Source: Pseudoalteromonas translucida KMM 520 (GTDB taxonomy: Bacteria > Pseudomonadota > Gammaproteobacteria > Enterobacterales > Alteromonadaceae). From it: a stretch of DNA of 32,000 nucleotides. The translations under genes were made by a program, and so were the position numbers. The stretch spans positions 2,970,001 to 3,002,000 of the forward strand of contig NZ_CP011034.1 of the NCBI RefSeq assembly GCF_001465295.1, read 5' to 3'. The notes beneath the pieces were generated by a model. The model was not told the origin of the DNA. It saw nothing but the letters and a program-made list of their open reading frames with translations, and did no database searches. Shown here in pieces: positions 9,492 to 18,869 of the stretch (position 1 is its first letter; every line of letters begins with the position of its first letter).

Positions 9492-11507
9492 ATGAATTTA
9501 ACAGTGAGCCAGCGTATTTGGGGTGGATTTATTTTCATCACTCTACTGCTTTTAATAATTGGCGGTAACTCTTTAATAAAAATAGCAAATATTGATCGAT
9601 CCACCCAAAAAGTAAATCAGTTGTCGCTGCCCGCTTTAAATAAAAGCGCTGAATTACAAGCCGAGTTTATTTTAATGAGCAAAGCTGCTCAAGCCAGTTT
9701 TTATACCTCTTCTGCAGAGCAACTAGAACCAATAAAAAACCAAGTGCTCGAACAAAAGCAGTTATTCAATACGCTGCATAGTGAGTTACAAGAAGTAGTT
9801 AAAAACGATCCACTATTGAGTAAAAGTAGCCAACAAGTTGAAACAACCTATTTAAGTTTTTTAAGCACAGTAGAGAGCTTACTTGCCGACAAAGCTAAAC
9901 AGCTAGCACTGAATAAAATGTTAAAAGCGCAACTAGAAAACATAGAGCTTGCCGCCGAAGATGCAAACTCAATTGTACTCGATATTATTGATATAAACGG
10001 CTTAGAGCAAAGTAACCCACGTGCTTATCAGGCTGCTAATAATCTTGAAAACAATTTTATGTCTGTAGTAAGCAACAGCACCGACATGCTAACGGTTAAA
10101 ACGCTTAATACCTTAGATATTGTAAAAAATGAGCAAGTATACTACTTCGAAGAAGTAACCCGCACCGTAGCGCTAATTAAGCCAGCCATAGAGCAAAGCC
10201 ATAGTGGTTTATACAATAGTCTAAAAGAATACGTAGACACGCTAGAGAACAACATTGTAGGTAACAATAGCCTTGCTGCGAATAAAAAACGCTTAATAGA
10301 TGCAATTAGCCTTACTGAACGCGAACTTGCAGAGTCTGAGCAAGCAACTAAAACAGCGCTAAATCAAATTGACGTACTTGTAAAACAAGCCAGCGATGTT
10401 GCTTTTTCATTGCAAAAAGGGGTGCGCAGCGACGTAGACTCTGCAAACTTGTGGACTTGGATAGGCATGATAATAGCTACGATAATTGCAATTATCGTAG
10501 CAGTCGTTACGGTAAATCGTATTACTAAACCACTGGCTGAAGTTAATCGCATTTTAGATATTGTAGCAAGTGGCGATATGACGCAACGCTTAGATGACAG
10601 TGCTAAAGATGAGTTTGGTGAGCTATCGAAAAGCTGTAACACCTTAATTGATAGTCTTCGCAGTTTAATTAAAGGCATTATTTCACGCTCAACTCAGCTT
10701 GCAGCAGCATCAGAGCAAACCTCAACAATTACTGGCGAATCAAGTAAAGCAATTCGTAATCAGCAAGCACAGGTTGAGCAGGCGGCTACAGCAACAACCG
10801 AAATGAGTAGTACATCACAAACGGTAAGCAACAGTGCTCAACAGGCGTTACATGAAATTAAAAATGCCGATAAAGAAGCTGAGCGCGTTAAAGATATTTC
10901 AAACCAAAATAAAGCCACTATTGAGCAACTAGCTTACGAAGTTGATGAAGCGTCGAATGTTATTAATAAGCTACATAAAGACAGTGCATCGATTGGCAGT
11001 ATATTAGATGTTATTCGCGGTATTGCTGATCAAACAAACTTATTGGCATTAAATGCCGCGATTGAAGCGGCGCGTGCAGGTGAGTATGGCCGAGGCTTTG
11101 CTGTAGTAGCAGATGAAGTACGCTCTCTGGCAAGTAAAACACAAGAATCAACCCAAGAGATTCAATCTATGATTGAGTCACTACAAAGCGGTGCAGAAGC
11201 CGCTGTATCGGCCATGGAAAAAGGCAAACAACAAGCCGTGTCATGTGTTAAGCAAAGCGATTTAGCAAGCAGCGCTCTCGATTCAATTACTTTAGCTGTA
11301 TCGCAAGCGCATAACGTGAGTGAAGAAATATCAACAGCAGCGCAAGAGCAACAACAAGTATCACAAGAAATAAGTGAGCGTTTAGAGTCTATTGTTGCTA
11401 TAGCCGAGCAAACCGCTGAGGGCGCAATACAAACGACTATTTCAAGTTCAGAGGTAGCAAAGCTAGCAGAAGAACTAAGGTTATCAGTAGAGAACTTTAA
11501 GGTTTAA
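9492..11507 (+). CDS. Methyl-accepting chemotaxis protein (large helical periplasmic sensor domain, HAMP, MA signalling domain)
   Basis: The ORF is open from 9468. TM1 is [17 protein letters not shown], followed by about 300 aa of periplasmic helical region. TM2 is [19 protein letters not shown], followed by HAMP. The highly conserved hairpin is [36 protein letters not shown] chose the third in-frame ATG (9492, MNLTVSQRI) because the candidate promoter would start transcription at about 9464-9466 and a GGAAA lies 8 nt upstream. ATGs at 9468 and 9480 remain possible. Confidence 0.85.
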   Translation: MNLTVSQRIWGGFIFITLLLLIIGGNSLIKIANIDRSTQKVNQLSLPALNKSAELQAEFILMSKAAQASFYTSSAEQLEPIKNQVLEQKQLFNTLHSELQEVVKNDPLLSKSSQQVETTYLSFLSTVESLLADKAKQLALNKMLKAQLENIELAAEDANSIVLDIIDINGLEQSNPRAYQAANNLENNFMSVVSNSTDMLTVKTLNTLDIVKNEQVYYFEEVTRTVALIKPAIEQSHSGLYNSLKEYVDTLENNIVGNNSLAANKKRLIDAISLTERELAESEQATKTALNQIDVLVKQASDVAFSLQKGVRSDVDSANLWTWIGMIIATIIAIIVAVVTVNRITKPLAEVNRILDIVASGDMTQRLDDSAKDEFGELSKSCNTLIDSLRSLIKGIISRSTQLAAASEQTSTITGESSKAIRNQQAQVEQAATATTEMSSTSQTVSNSAQQALHEIKNADKEAERVKDISNQNKATIEQLAYEVDEASNVINKLHKDSASIGSILDVIRGIADQTNLLALNAAIEAARAGEYGRGFAVVADEVRSLASKTQESTQEIQSMIESLQSGAEAAVSAMEKGKQQAVSCVKQSDLASSALDSITLAVSQAHNVSEEISTAAQEQQQVSQEISERLESIVAIAEQTAEGAIQTTISSSEVAKLAEELRLSVENFKV

Positions 11508-11527
11508 TTACTGCTATAAACATGTAT

Positions 11528-11563
11528 AAAAAAGGGGAAGTAATTTATTACTTCCCCTTTTTT
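11528..11563. terminator. Bidirectional rho-independent terminator shared by the convergent MCP and rfaH genes
   Basis: The sequence aaaaaaggggaagtaa/ttacttcccctttttt is a perfect GC-containing stem. It is flanked by an A-run on one side and a T-run on the other. Confidence 0.8.
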
Positions 11564-11564
11564 A

Positions 11565-12050
11565 TTAGATTTTGCTTATAGCTTGATTACTAACGCTAAT
11601 TTCTATTTGTTTGTTAAGCAAATTAATGAACAAAATACTGCGTATATCGCCATCAGGCTCTTTATAAATAGCGTCAATATTTTTAAATGAGTCATTATTT
11701 ACACTCACCAAGTCACCGCTTTTAGGGATTTGCGATTCATGAGAGTGCGAACGCTCTGCTTTAAGCTGATTAATTAACTCAACGGGCACACGCTGATATG
11801 CAGCACCATAAGTTACAAAGCCACTTACTCCGCGGGTATTTTTTACCGCAAAAAAGTTACCATTCTCAGCTTCTAAACACACAAATACATAACCAGGAAA
11901 TAAAGCAGACTGCTTAACAGTACGGCGTCCTTTAACTAGCTTTTCAGTAGTTAACTTTGGAAAAAATGACGCTATTCCTTGGTTTTTTAAATTAACCTGC
12001 GCACGCTCTTCTTGGCGAGGTTTACATACAACTAAATACCAACTTTCCAT
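11565..12050 (-). CDS. rfaH: Transcription antiterminator RfaH (NusG paralogue)
   Basis: Read from the internal ATG at 12050, the protein begins MESWYLVVCKPRQEERAQVNLKNQGI, colinear with E. coli RfaH (MQSWYLLYCKRGQLQRAQEHL). The C-terminal KOW region reads FKNIDAIYKEPDGDIRSILFINLLNKQIEISV. An AGGAA SD precedes this ATG. The 13-codon upstream extension in the ORF track has no homology support. Confidence 0.85.
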   Translation of the reverse strand: MESWYLVVCKPRQEERAQVNLKNQGIASFFPKLTTEKLVKGRRTVKQSALFPGYVFVCLEAENGNFFAVKNTRGVSGFVTYGAAYQRVPVELINQLKAERSHSHESQIPKSGDLVSVNNDSFKNIDAIYKEPDGDIRSILFINLLNKQIEISVSNQAISKI

Positions 12051-12318
12051 GGCAATTCCTACAGCCTGAGTTGAAGATAACACAACCATAAACTAAATGA
12101 GCGCAGCATTATACTCCTATGCAAGCCTTTATGTAAAATAGCCCCACAGTAAATAAGTACTCACTTAGGAAAAGTAATTTAATACGCTGATAATCAAACG
12201 AGTAGGTTTTAATTGAGGGTTAAGCACTGATATATTACAGCGATTAGAAGCGGGCTCAAAGCTAAAGCCAAGGACAATATTAAAGCGTTAAGCTAATATT
12301 TTGCGTAAATTAAAAACA

Positions 12319-12344
12319 AAAAACCCAGCATAAGCTGGGTTTTT
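12319..12344 (-). terminator. Rho-independent terminator after rpmG
   Basis: The stem-loop is aaaaacccagc-ataa-gctgggttttt. On the minus strand the stem is followed by tttttgttttt. Confidence 0.8.
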
Positions 12345-12366
12345 ACATTCTAATAGAAAACTAAAA

Positions 12367-12522
12367 TTACTTAATTTTAGCTTCTTTAAAAAGAACATGT
12401 TTACGAATCTTTGGATCAAACTTTTTGATTTCCATCTTCTCAGGCATGTTACGTTTGTTCTTGTCGGTAGTGTAGAAAAAACCAGTACCGGCAGTTGAAA
12501 CTAAACGGATTTTATCGCGCAT
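12367..12522 (-). CDS. rpmG: 50S ribosomal protein L33
   Basis: This gene is not in the ORF track because it encodes only 51 aa. My translation is [51 protein letters not shown], colinear with E. coli L33. It lies 11 nt downstream of rpmB. Confidence 0.95.
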
Positions 12523-12533
12523 GATTCAGATCC

Positions 12534-12770
12534 TTAAACTTTTACGCCGCGAGCACGGATTTCTGTAAGAACCGTGTCGATGCCTTTTTTATCGATAATA
12601 CGCATACCTTTAGTAGTAGTGCGTAATGTTACAAAACGTTTTTCACTTTCAACCCAAAAACGGTGTGTTTGTAGGTTAGGTAGGAAACGACGTTTAGTCG
12701 CGTTTCTCGCGTGTGAACGGTGATTACCAACCGCAGGACGCTTACCTGTAACTTGACATACTTTAGCCAT
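12534..12770 (-). CDS. rpmB: 50S ribosomal protein L28
   Basis: The true start is the ATG at 12770 ([34 protein letters not shown]...), giving 78 aa. A GGAGAT SD lies upstream. The 17-codon extension in the ORF track is spurious. Confidence 0.95.
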   Translation of the reverse strand: MAKVCQVTGKRPAVGNHRSHARNATKRRFLPNLQTHRFWVESEKRFVTLRTTTKGMRIIDKKGIDTVLTEIRARGVKV

Positions 12771-13043
12771 GTCTATATATCTCCAATAACTTAGCTCGAG
12801 CTTAATTTTCCCTAAGGCCATGTAGTTGTGCCCTAGAGATAAATCGAAGGGCGCTCTTTATACAGCTTTTACAGGCGAAGATCAAATAACTGATCTCATC
12901 CAATCAGCTCATGTGCAAATTTGATAGCGGCTAATTATAAAGATCGAAAGCCCATAGGGAAAGTAAAAACTGCATTTAAATTAAACTAATTTGCCAAAAC
13001 ACACTAAACTGCTCGTTTTTAGTACTCTTCTGTAAAAGTAAAG

Positions 13044-13718
13044 CTAAATAAGACCTCGTTCAGCAAAAGAAACACAGGTTTCTCCTCCAACAATAATATG
13101 ATCCAGCACATTTATATCTACCAATTGCAGTGCTTGTTGCAATTTATTAGTAATAAGTTTGTCGGCCTGACTTGGTTCGGCAATCCCGCTTGGGTGATTA
13201 TGCGCCAAAATAACCGTTGCAGCATTATTTTTAAGCGCCGCTTTTACCACTTCTCGTGGATATACGCTGGCAGAATTAATGGTGCCATAAAAAAGTATTT
13301 CATCTTTAATTAAGCGATTTTGACTATCAAGATACAACACCATAAATACCTCCTGCTGCAAACCACGCATTTGCAAGGTTAAATAATCATATACAGCGTT
13401 TGGCGAGTTAAATATAGCATCGCGCTGGCAACGCTCCTGCATGTAACGTTGGCTGAGCTCAAGCACCGCTTGCAACTGCACATACTTGGCTGTACCTAAC
13501 CCTTTTTGCGCACAAAACTCTTCCATACTGGCATTAAATAAATTGTGCAGCGTTTTGTTTTCATTAAGTAAATGCTGGGCAAGCTCAATCACATTCATTC
13601 CCGGTAAACCGGTGCGTAAAAATATGGCAAGTAATTCAGCATCACTGAGCGCTTTTGCGCCTTTTTCGATTAGCTTTTCGCGAGGACGCTGCGAATTAGG
13701 AAGTGAGGTTAGTTGCAT
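13044..13718 (-). CDS. radC: RadC/YicR-family JAB (JAMM) domain protein
   Basis: The 224-aa ORF has an N-terminal HhH-like region ([14 protein letters not shown]) and a C-terminal JAMM motif ([20 protein letters not shown]). It is divergent from coaBC and next to rpmBG, as yicR is in E. coli. An AAGGA SD is present. Confidence 0.9.
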   Translation of the reverse strand: MQLTSLPNSQRPREKLIEKGAKALSDAELLAIFLRTGLPGMNVIELAQHLLNENKTLHNLFNASMEEFCAQKGLGTAKYVQLQAVLELSQRYMQERCQRDAIFNSPNAVYDYLTLQMRGLQQEVFMVLYLDSQNRLIKDEILFYGTINSASVYPREVVKAALKNNAATVILAHNHPSGIAEPSQADKLITNKLQQALQLVDINVLDHIIVGGETCVSFAERGLI

Positions 13719-13861
13719 TATTCATCCTTGATAAATCGGCTTATATATTAACTGTAATGCAAATTTGAAAATTAGCCTGTTATTTTCATCTTAAAAGCTT
13801 AGCTGTACGGGTCAAGATTTGTTATTTTAGCCCTAATATTAAATAAGGCTGATGGACAACC

Positions 13862-15055
13862 ATGATTAATTTAACTAATAAAAAAATAGTGCTGGGGATT
13901 AGCGGCGGTATAGCGGCCTATAAATGCGCAGAACTGGTTAGACGCTTAAAAGAGCATGGTTGTAGTGTTAAAGTAGTTATGACTGAGTCAGCAAAACATT
14001 TTATAACCCCCTTAACTATGCAAGCTGTGAGCGGTGAAATGGTTGCAGACTCCTTACTCGACCCTTCAGCAGAAGCTGCCATGGGCCATATTGAGTTTGC
14101 CAAATGGGCCGATTTAATTTTAGTTGCCCCAGCCACCAGCAACATTATAGCTAAAATGGCGGCGGGCATTGCCGATGACTTACTCACTACCTTATTGCTT
14201 GCAACTCCGGCTAAAGTCGCTATCGCACCGGCTATGAATCAGCAAATGTATGCCCACCCTGCAACACAAGCTAATTTAGCCACACTTAAAGCACGTAACG
14301 TGCTTATTTGGGGGCCTGGAAAGGGTGAGCAAGCTTGTGGCGATGTAGGCGCTGGACGCATGCTAGAGCCTCATGAGCTAGTTGCTTTATGTATCGCAAA
14401 AGAGCAACCTCAGTTACTTGCAGGTAAAACCATTACCATAACAGCAGGCCCGACCCGAGAAGCCATTGATCCGGTACGTTTTATATCTAATCATAGCTCA
14501 GGAAAAATGGGTTACGCACTTGCTGAGGCTGCTTTATTACTTGGCGCTAAGGTTAATTTAATTTCAGGCCCGGTGACTATAAAAGCCCCTGCTGGCGTAA
14601 ATTTGATCAACATAGAAAGCGCCGATCAGCTATTAAACGAATCACTCAACTACGCACCGCACTCAGATGCGTTTATTGGCTGCGCCGCTGTTGCCGATTA
14701 CCGCGCAGCAACGGTTGCAACGCAAAAAATGAAGAAGCAAGGCGATGAGCTTACTCTTACTTTAGTTAAAAACCCGGATGTAATTGCACACGTAGCTAAT
14801 TTACAGCAAAACCGCCCTTACACTGTTGGTTTTGCCGCAGAAACACAAAATGTAGCAAACTACGCAAAAGGCAAACTAAAAAATAAAAAACTGGATATGA
14901 TTTGCGCTAACGATGTATCACAAAGTGATCTTGGGTTTAACTCTGACAATAATGCGCTAACCCTGTACTGGCATAATGAACAGCTTGAATTGCCAACAAA
15001 TAGCAAAACAGCAATTGCGCTAACAGTGATCCAACAGCTCGCTCAGAGAATATAA
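13862..15055 (+). CDS. coaBC: Bifunctional phosphopantothenoylcysteine decarboxylase / phosphopantothenate-cysteine ligase
   Basis: The 397-aa ORF has an N-terminal flavoprotein motif ([12 protein letters not shown]), PAMNQQMY, and a C-terminal CoaB domain ([25 protein letters not shown]). Confidence 0.95.
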   Translation: MINLTNKKIVLGISGGIAAYKCAELVRRLKEHGCSVKVVMTESAKHFITPLTMQAVSGEMVADSLLDPSAEAAMGHIEFAKWADLILVAPATSNIIAKMAAGIADDLLTTLLLATPAKVAIAPAMNQQMYAHPATQANLATLKARNVLIWGPGKGEQACGDVGAGRMLEPHELVALCIAKEQPQLLAGKTITITAGPTREAIDPVRFISNHSSGKMGYALAEAALLLGAKVNLISGPVTIKAPAGVNLINIESADQLLNESLNYAPHSDAFIGCAAVADYRAATVATQKMKKQGDELTLTLVKNPDVIAHVANLQQNRPYTVGFAAETQNVANYAKGKLKNKKLDMICANDVSQSDLGFNSDNNALTLYWHNEQLELPTNSKTAIALTVIQQLAQRI

Positions 15056-15214
15056 AAGAGCTGGAAACAAACTGAATAAAACATTAACATGCTAAACACG
15101 CGTTTACTTTTAAGAGTTTAAATTTGTTTAATTCTAAATATAAACGCGCCTTAAACATTTGAATCAAAAATGACTAGCTCCTGCTAAAAGATAACTAATA
15201 AAAAAGGAATGTTC

Positions 15215-15802
15215 ATGCCTGCGACAAAAAGAAGTAATCGCAAAGAGCAAATACTGCAAGCACTCGCACAAATGTTAGAAACCAGTCCCGGCCAGCGTAT
15301 TACCACAGCAAAGCTAGCAGCTGAGGTTGGTGTATCGGAAGCAGCGCTGTATCGTCATTTTCCTAGTAAAGCACGTATGTTTGAGGGCTTAATAGAGTTT
15401 ATTGAAGACACGCTTTTATCTCGTATAAATCTTATTTTAGAAAACGAAAAAGAAAGCCAAGCCCGCGTTTATAATATTTTGCATTTACTACTAACGTTTG
15501 CTGAAAAGAACCCTGGTATTACCCGTATTTTAACCGGTGATGCATTGCAAGGTGAACAAGAGCGGTTACGTGAACGAGTGCAAAGTTTATTTGAAAAACT
15601 TGAGACCCAATTTAAACAAGTACTGCGTGAGAGAAAGCTACGTGAAGGTAAAAACTTTCAAAGTGACGAGCTAACCCTAGCCAACTTTTTACTTGCCTAT
15701 GTTGAAGGTAAAATGAATCAGTTTGTGCGTAGTAATTTTAGTACTAAGCCAAGCGCACAATTTGAAAAACAATGGCCGGAGCTACAAAAAATCTGGTTAT
15801 AA
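15215..15802 (+). CDS. slmA: Nucleoid occlusion factor SlmA (TetR family)
   Basis: The sequence ...[38 protein letters not shown]... is nearly identical in register to E. coli SlmA. I chose the second ATG (15215, MPATKRSN) because the AAGGA SD at 15204-15208 abuts the first ATG but lies 6 nt from the second. Confidence 0.9.
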   Translation: MPATKRSNRKEQILQALAQMLETSPGQRITTAKLAAEVGVSEAALYRHFPSKARMFEGLIEFIEDTLLSRINLILENEKESQARVYNILHLLLTFAEKNPGITRILTGDALQGEQERLRERVQSLFEKLETQFKQVLRERKLREGKNFQSDELTLANFLLAYVEGKMNQFVRSNFSTKPSAQFEKQWPELQKIWL

Positions 15803-15822
15803 ATTCCAAATTCAACACACTT

Positions 15823-15852
15823 AACCTTGTGAGCCACGCTTGCAAGGTTTTT
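15823..15852 (+). terminator. Rho-independent terminator after slmA
   Basis: A 12-bp stem (aaccttgtgagc / gcttgcaaggtt, including two G-U pairs) has a 3-nt loop and is followed by ttttt. Confidence 0.6.
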
Positions 15853-15963
15853 AAATTTTCACCTTCAGCCTTTCAACTCTGCTTTGCTACCACTTGTCGT
15901 ATATACTCGAATTATAGACAAAACTCGTTACAATAAAATAACGCTAAAAAACGAGAACCTCTA

Positions 15964-18744
15964 ATGAAAACAAAGCTCACCCTTTTAAGCTCTGCGCTTA
16001 TTGTCAGCGTAGCTAGCACCACAGTTTACGCTAAAGAGTCGTTACAATTTAACGATGTGTTTGATTTTAAATCAGCCAAAGCAACGCAGCTATCTGAAGA
16101 TGGCCGTATTTTATCGCTCAGTGCAACCCCGTACCGTGGTGATGCCACTGGCCAAGTTTACTCATTAAGCGGTAATAGCTTAATTGCAGAAGTACCGCGT
16201 GGTACTAAGCCTGTTATTAATAAAGCTGCTAACTGGGTCGCATTTACCCAAGTACCCACGTTACTAGAACAAGAAACCACGAAGAAAAAAGATACTCTAA
16301 AAAACAACCTGGTACTGGTAAATACCCAAACAGGCGAGCAACAAAGTTTTAGTGATGTGAAAGACTATAAATTATCAAACGATGGAACTTGGCTTGCCTA
16401 TCGCTTAAATCAAAAAGCAGCTAAAGGCGATGATGAAAAAGCCGAGGATGAAAGTACCAGCACTCATACTAATAAAAACGATAGCGCCATCACACCAGAC
16501 AAAGATGATAAAACCTATCCGCTGGTTATTGTAAATTTAAGCAATAAACGCAGCCACACGATTACAGATGTATTTAACTACAGTATTAGCGCAACTAATC
16601 AGCAACTGTTAGTTAGCCAGAGTTACAGCGATGGTAACAATAATCAAATAGTGCTGTTTAATTTAAACGACTTTGTAAGCAGCGTGCTCATAGATGAACC
16701 TGGTGTTGTGGCCAGTAAAATAGCCTGGCACCCGGCTGAAGCAAGCGTAGCATTTACGTTAGGTAACTATGTTAACGACGACATGCGCCGTCGTAACTAC
16801 AGCTTACAACTTTGGCAAAATGAGCAACTAACAACTATTAACTCCCCCAACAAAGATTGGGAAATAGGTAAAACAGCTGCGTTAATTTGGTCTGAAAATG
16901 GCGAGCGTTTATATTTTGAAAATCGCCCTAAACTGGCCGCTAAAATAAAAGCTAAAGAGTATAACGACGAAGCCTCATTATACGACTTTGACACTATACG
17001 TGAGCATAAAGGCTTAAAAGTATGGCATAACAACGATGCGCAAATAAAACCGCGCGAACAGCAGCAGTGGAACGAAAAAAATAAAAATCGCCATTACAGT
17101 GCGGTGTACCACGTAAACTCGCAAAAAGTTATCCAACTAAGTACAGTGAGCATGCCTGAGGTTGCGCTCAACCCGCAGCGCGATACATCACTGCTTGGTT
17201 ATGCTGATACCCCATACCTTGAAAAAATAATGTATGGCGGCTTTTTTGCTGACTACTTTGCTGTAAATATTAATACAGGCAAACAAACCCCCATTGTTAG
17301 TAACTACCCATTTAGACCAAATTTGGCACCTAATGGCCAGTTTGCCGCCTACTTTAGCGATAACCATATACAGCTAAAAGATTTAAAAAGTAATAAAGTC
17401 ACTACGCCTACACGTGCAATTCAAGCTACTTTTGCTGATGACAAGCACGACTACCCTTCAGCCCAACCAGGTTATGGTTTTGCCGGTTGGAATCAAGATA
17501 GCAGCCAACTACTAGCTTACAGTAAGTACGATATTTGGGCGTTTGATGTAAATAGCCAGCAGGCAAAACGTTTAACTAATGGTAAACAAACCAATACCCA
17601 ATATCGCGTTATTAAACTTGATAAAAGCCAAGTTGGCTTTAAAAAAGACGAAACATTGCTCATATCGGCTATCAACTTACAAACTAAACAAAGTGAAATA
17701 GCCAAGCTTGATTTAACCACCAACACAGTAACTAAAGTGCTCAGTGGTAATAAACGTTTTGATTTAGTAAAAAAAGCAAAAAATGCCGATAAATACCTAT
17801 TTACTGAGCAAACGTATCATCAGTTTCCAGACTTTTATCAAACTGACTTTAGTTTCAGTGCTCCGCAACAAGTGACCACACTTAACCCACAAATAAGTAA
17901 CTTTGCCTGGGGCGAAAAGCCAGAACTCATAAGCTACAAAGGCTTTGATGGCGAAGACTTACAAGGCGTACTAATTAAACCTGCGGGTTACAAAAAGGGC
18001 GATAAAGTACCAGTAATGGTGTATTTTTACCGTTATATGAGCCAACGCATGTACGACTTTCCTAAAATGGAATTAAACCACCGCCCTAACTTCCCTATGT
18101 TTACCTCAAACGGTTACGCGGTATTTTTACCCGACATTCGTTTTGAAATAGGCCACCCGGGTAAATCATCAACGCAAACCATGATCAACGCCACGCAAAA
18201 GCTCATTGATTTAGGCATTGCTGATAAAAATAAAATTGGTTTACAAGGTCATTCGTGGGCAGGCTACCAAAGTGCCTTTATGATCACTCAAACCGATATG
18301 TTTAAAGCGGTTGTATCGGGTGCCCCCGTGTCTAACATGACTAGTGCGTATAGTGGCATTCGTTTAAAGTCGGGCTTAGCACGTCAGTTTCAGTACGAAA
18401 CAGGACAAAGCCGCATTGGTAAAAACCTTTTTGAAGCGCCTGAATTATACATAGAAAACTCACCGGTATTTTTTGCCGATAAAGTGAACACCCCTATTTT
18501 AATTATGTTCGGCGATAAAGACGACGCTGTACCTTGGCACGAAGGGGTACAGTATTACTTAGCCCTGCGCCGTGCGGGTAAAGATGCCACTTTTTTACAG
18601 TATGAAGGCGAACCTCATCACTTGAAAAAGTTTCCTAATCAGGTCGATTTTTCGATTCGTATGATGCAGTACTTTGATCATTACTTAAAAGGCAAACCCG
18701 CCGCAAAGTGGATGACAGAAGGTGAAGCATTTATACAAGAATAA
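15964..18744 (+). CDS. Secreted S9-family (prolyl oligopeptidase / dipeptidyl-peptidase type) serine peptidase with N-terminal beta-propeller region
   Basis: The 926-aa ORF has a signal peptide (...ASTTVYA/KES). The C-terminal alpha/beta-hydrolase domain carries the nucleophile elbow GHSWAGY, then GDKDDAVPW (Asp) and GEPHHL (His). The long N-terminal region has repeated TolB/propeller-like segments. Confidence 0.85.
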   Translation: MKTKLTLLSSALIVSVASTTVYAKESLQFNDVFDFKSAKATQLSEDGRILSLSATPYRGDATGQVYSLSGNSLIAEVPRGTKPVINKAANWVAFTQVPTLLEQETTKKKDTLKNNLVLVNTQTGEQQSFSDVKDYKLSNDGTWLAYRLNQKAAKGDDEKAEDESTSTHTNKNDSAITPDKDDKTYPLVIVNLSNKRSHTITDVFNYSISATNQQLLVSQSYSDGNNNQIVLFNLNDFVSSVLIDEPGVVASKIAWHPAEASVAFTLGNYVNDDMRRRNYSLQLWQNEQLTTINSPNKDWEIGKTAALIWSENGERLYFENRPKLAAKIKAKEYNDEASLYDFDTIREHKGLKVWHNNDAQIKPREQQQWNEKNKNRHYSAVYHVNSQKVIQLSTVSMPEVALNPQRDTSLLGYADTPYLEKIMYGGFFADYFAVNINTGKQTPIVSNYPFRPNLAPNGQFAAYFSDNHIQLKDLKSNKVTTPTRAIQATFADDKHDYPSAQPGYGFAGWNQDSSQLLAYSKYDIWAFDVNSQQAKRLTNGKQTNTQYRVIKLDKSQVGFKKDETLLISAINLQTKQSEIAKLDLTTNTVTKVLSGNKRFDLVKKAKNADKYLFTEQTYHQFPDFYQTDFSFSAPQQVTTLNPQISNFAWGEKPELISYKGFDGEDLQGVLIKPAGYKKGDKVPVMVYFYRYMSQRMYDFPKMELNHRPNFPMFTSNGYAVFLPDIRFEIGHPGKSSTQTMINATQKLIDLGIADKNKIGLQGHSWAGYQSAFMITQTDMFKAVVSGAPVSNMTSAYSGIRLKSGLARQFQYETGQSRIGKNLFEAPELYIENSPVFFADKVNTPILIMFGDKDDAVPWHEGVQYYLALRRAGKDATFLQYEGEPHHLKKFPNQVDFSIRMMQYFDHYLKGKPAAKWMTEGEAFIQE

Positions 18745-18756
18745 AAAGTAAATGAT

Positions 18757-18792
18757 AAAAACCCCGATAGACTTAAGTCTATCGGGGTTTTT
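18757..18792 (+). terminator. Rho-independent terminator after the S9 peptidase gene
   Basis: The sequence aaaaaccccgatagactt/aagtctatcggggttttt is a perfect long palindrome with a T-run. Confidence 0.85.
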
Positions 18793-18869
18793 ATCATTAA
18801 TTACTACCCACTTTATAATAAATAGACAATACTGAATTAATTAACTAATAATTATTAAGTCGTTATTTG

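Noticed and set aside
12153-12164. A SlmA-binding-site-like sequence ATAAGTACTCAC matches the GTGAGTACTCAC palindrome at 10/12 positions. A second 10/12 match lies at 28816-28827.
   Set aside because: These are only half-site-quality matches. SlmA binding sites are dispersed genome-wide and cannot be validated from a single window. The second match overlaps the obg start codon and has a mismatch in the central core.
12771-12821. The ORF track gives N-terminal extensions for rpmB, rfaH (12051-12089), rplU (29704-29739), ispB (30111-30125), the small secreted protein (27018-27092), folA (27590-27619) and slmA (15209-15214).
   Set aside because: Alignment with well-known orthologue N-termini and the SD positions support the internal starts. 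Several of the extensions begin at TTG or run into terminators.
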